From: Anaerolineae bacterium
GTDB lineage: Bacteria; Chloroflexota; Anaerolineae; S140-20
Reading direction: 5' to 3'
DNA: 64,000 bases
Assembly: GCA_027021705.1 (NCBI GenBank)
Contig: JALUTT010000171.1
Coordinates: 15,745-79,744, forward strand
Part shown: positions 62,987 to 64,000 of the stretch, piece by piece
How the letters are laid out: every line of letters starts with the position of its first letter
Numbering within the stretch: position 1 is the stretch's first letter
Notes under the pieces: generated by a model
Told to the model about the DNA's origin: nothing
Seen by the model: the letters and a program-made list of their open reading frames with translations, nothing else
Databases searched by the model: none
Program-made: the position numbers and the translations under genes

Positions 62987-63742
62987 GGGGCAAGGGGCAA
63001 GTTGCAAGTTGCAAGGGGCAAGGGGCAAGGGGCAAGGGGCAAGGGGCAAGGGGCAAGGGGCAGGGGGCAAGCGACCACCCGACCAAGCGGCCTAGCGGCC
63101 TAGCGGATAGCGGCTTGGCGGCGGGCCGAGGGGTGAAGACTTCATACCCCCGTAGTGTCCTTTGTGCTCGTTGTGCGCTTGGTGGTTAGGATTGGGGCGA
63201 CGCGGCGGGAGACACGAAGGACACGAAGAGCACGAACGGCCGGCGGCCTGGCGGATAGCGGATAGCGGCGGGCCGAGGGGTGAAGACTTCATATCCCCGT
63301 AGTGTCCTTTGTGCTCGTCGTGCGCTTGGTGGTTAGAACCGGGGCGATGCGGCGGGAGACACGAAGGACACGAAGAGCACGAACGGCCGGCGGCCTGGCG
63401 GATAGCGGATAGCGGCGGGCCGAGGGGTGAAGACTTCATATCCCCGTAGTGTCCTTTGTGCTCGTTGTGCGCTTGGTGGTTAGAACCGGGGCGATGCGGC
63501 GGGAGACACGAAGGACACGAAGAGCACGAGCGGATAGCGGCCTAGCGGATAGCGGCTTAGCGGCGGACTGAGGACGCTGTCCGACCGCCGACGGCCGACG
63601 GCAGACCGCCGATCAAGCGGCAAGGGGAAGGGGCAAGTTGCAAGTTGCAAGGGGCAAGGGGCAAGCGACCACGTGACCACCCGACCAAATGACCAAGTGA
63701 CCACGTGACCACCCGACCAAGTGACCAAGCGACCACCCGACT
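62987..63742. repeat. Composite repeat region with three tandem 147-bp units
   Basis: Units begin at 63118, 63265 and 63412, flanked on both sides by GCAAGGG/GCAAGTT, TAGCGGA and GACCA tracts. Confidence 0.9.
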
Positions 63743-63745
63743 GCT

Positions 63746-64000
63746 ATGGACCACGACATCCAGGTTGGCGGCGACGTCACCGATTCTACCTTGGTTACTG
63801 GCTCCTACAACGTGATCGTCCGGGCCGAGCAGGTGATCGTCCGGGCGGCGGAGGAGGCCCGCGCCCACCAACGCGACCCCGCCCGGATGCTCCGCGTGCT
63901 GGCCCTCCTGGCCGCGCCGGTCCTCGACCCCGAGCGGCCCGACCGCGCCCCTCCCCCCCTGGACCTGAAGCAGGAGTGGCACCAACTGGCCCAGGAGGTC
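63746..64000 (+). CDS. N-terminus of a probable CHAT-domain protein (partial)
   Basis: MDHDIQVGGDVTDSTLVTGSYNV...LRVLALLAAP...PPLDLKQEW resembles the start of a CHAT domain. Confidence 0.55.
   Translation, partial: MDHDIQVGGDVTDSTLVTGSYNVIVRAEQVIVRAAEEARAHQRDPARMLRVLALLAAPVLDPERPDRAPPPLDLKQEWHQLAQEV

Noticed and set aside
63118..63530. CRISPR array
   Set aside because: Whole 147-bp units are near-identical, with no unique spacers and no cas genes.

Overview
High-GC bacterial DNA, probably Chloroflexota/Anaerolineae (inferred from gene style and intergenic heptamer repeats). Positions 1-24.3 kb are an all-minus-strand accessory island for metal, sulfur and selenium handling. It holds an ABC-2 exporter, a PhnCDE-like importer, an atypical NarL-type regulator, a CopB-type ATPase, two c-type cytochromes, a MoaD-YeeE/TusA/rhodanese-MoeB sulfur-relay operon, TlpA, PspA and DUF302/SHOCT proteins. 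It also holds two selenoproteins that the ORF track breaks or misses: a DsbA-like protein (UPFC) and a glutaredoxin-like protein (UGDC). The top finding is upstream of phnD: a leader ORF with two in-frame UGA codons (U-T-G-U), a SECIS-like hairpin and mutually exclusive helices that can hide the phnD ribosome-binding site. This looks like a selenocysteine-sensing translational attenuator on a probable selenium importer. A second leader, with Cys codons and a terminator/antiterminator pair, precedes the YeeE operon. Four promoters share a tandem 7-2-7 operator. Positions 24.6-64 kb are mostly housekeeping (lspA, tex, acs, mutS2, rpsB-tsf-pyrH-frr-uppS-cdsA, fbp, apgM), interrupted by a tandem Rpn duplication, two decayed toxin-antitoxin loci and several repeat arrays.
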